64,000 nt of DNA from Phototrophicaceae bacterium (GTDB taxonomy: Bacteria > Chloroflexota > Anaerolineae > Aggregatilineales > Phototrophicaceae). The notes below the pieces were generated by a model that made no database searches, was not told the origin of the DNA, and worked only from the letters and a program-made list of their open reading frames with translations. A program made the position numbers and the translations under genes. The stretch lies in NCBI GenBank assembly GCA_965223835.1, contig CBDCXQ010000001.1, positions 606,845 through 670,844 on the forward strand, read 5' to 3'. Positions 63,649-64,000 of this stretch are shown here, one piece after another (within the stretch, counting starts at the first letter, position 1; each line of letters starts with the position of its first letter).

Positions 63649-63915
63649 TCAAATTATCTGCTCGCCGGGTCGTAGCGTCTTTTTGCGGTCAATCACCAAG
63701 TCTTTTTCGCTGTTATAGATGCCATCCATGTAGGGCTGATTGCCGATGATGTGCGCATCCAGTTCTGCAATCAAATAAACCAATTCGCCCGCCTGCACCT
63801 GACGGAACCGTAAGTCAACATACTCGTCTGGGGTCTGGTCGTCACCCCAATAGGGTTTGACATTGACAAGTTGTTGCTCATCGTCGCGTTGCGCACGGCG
63901 TACATTGATGGACAT
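63649..63915 (-). CDS. Short ORF resembling only the N-terminal part of a GNAT acetyltransferase (possible truncated remnant)
   Basis: MSINVRRAQRDDEQQL...GELVYLIAELDAHIIGN looks like GNAT beta1-beta3. The ORF stops at 88 aa, 20 nt from the TIR gene stop, and I saw no continuation in other frames. Confidence 0.3.
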   Translation of the reverse strand: MSINVRRAQRDDEQQLVNVKPYWGDDQTPDEYVDLRFRQVQAGELVYLIAELDAHIIGNQPYMDGIYNSEKDLVIDRKKTLRPGEQII

Positions 63916-64000
63916 GAGATCGTTGCCTGAAGGTGTTTATCGTTCTTTAGGGTTCAATTGTTGCACACCTACCACGTCACTGCCAGTGGTCAGGCACGGT

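Noticed and set aside
1-64000. tRNA, rRNA, CRISPR arrays, transposases, integrases and group II intron or retron signatures
   Set aside because: I scanned by eye for T-loop/acceptor-like motifs, regularly spaced direct repeats, DDE/tyrosine-recombinase-like ORFs and RT motifs, and saw none. Eye-scanning has limited sensitivity, so tRNAscan-SE, Infernal and ISEScan should be run.

Overview
This is a 64-kb chromosomal segment with about 60 protein genes, mostly housekeeping and glycan-metabolism genes. Gene content suggests a filamentous Chloroflexota-type genome: a T-box leader, many GT-C/GT39-like membrane glycosyltransferases, and TIR/WD40 and STAND proteins. That assignment is inference only, since no search was possible. 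I found no rRNA, tRNA, CRISPR array, transposase or integrase.

Recognisable core genes:
- pheS and pheT
- rnz and tag
- a 2-oxoacid dehydrogenase E1alpha/E1beta/E2 operon
- a transsulfuration PLP enzyme
- an iron-containing alcohol dehydrogenase
- GH29 and GH127 glycosidases

Observations worth a second look:
1. Two paralogous proteins have the architecture N-terminal TIR, one transmembrane helix, then a large WD40/beta-propeller (4499-7471 and 61067-63628). This is an inverted Toll-like-receptor topology. Both keep the putative catalytic Glu of NADase-type TIRs, and neither has a known Thoeris-type partner nearby.
2. A Phe T-box leader (37940-38215, minus strand) does not drive pheS directly. 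A four-helix-bundle (23S-rRNA-IVS-protein family) gene sits between them, bracketed by 26-nt inverted repeats. This looks like an intervening-sequence-like cassette inside an mRNA leader.
3. pheS and pheT are separated by a mini K+ channel gene and an SGNH hydrolase gene.
4. A low-GC Gtr-like envelope glycosylation island (about 45.1-52.0 kb) carries a polyprenol-phosphate GT2, a flippase-like protein, a sulfotransferase and GT-C enzymes. It is joined to two GC-rich tandem GT-C paralogs.
5. Four tandem envelope-anchored clan GH-A-like hydrolase paralogs lie at 17.7-25.1 kb.
6. A STAND NTPase at the left edge is missing from the supplied ORF track.
7. A nitroreductase is interrupted by a 1-nt frameshift.

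All functional calls come from motif recognition by eye and need HMM/BLAST confirmation.
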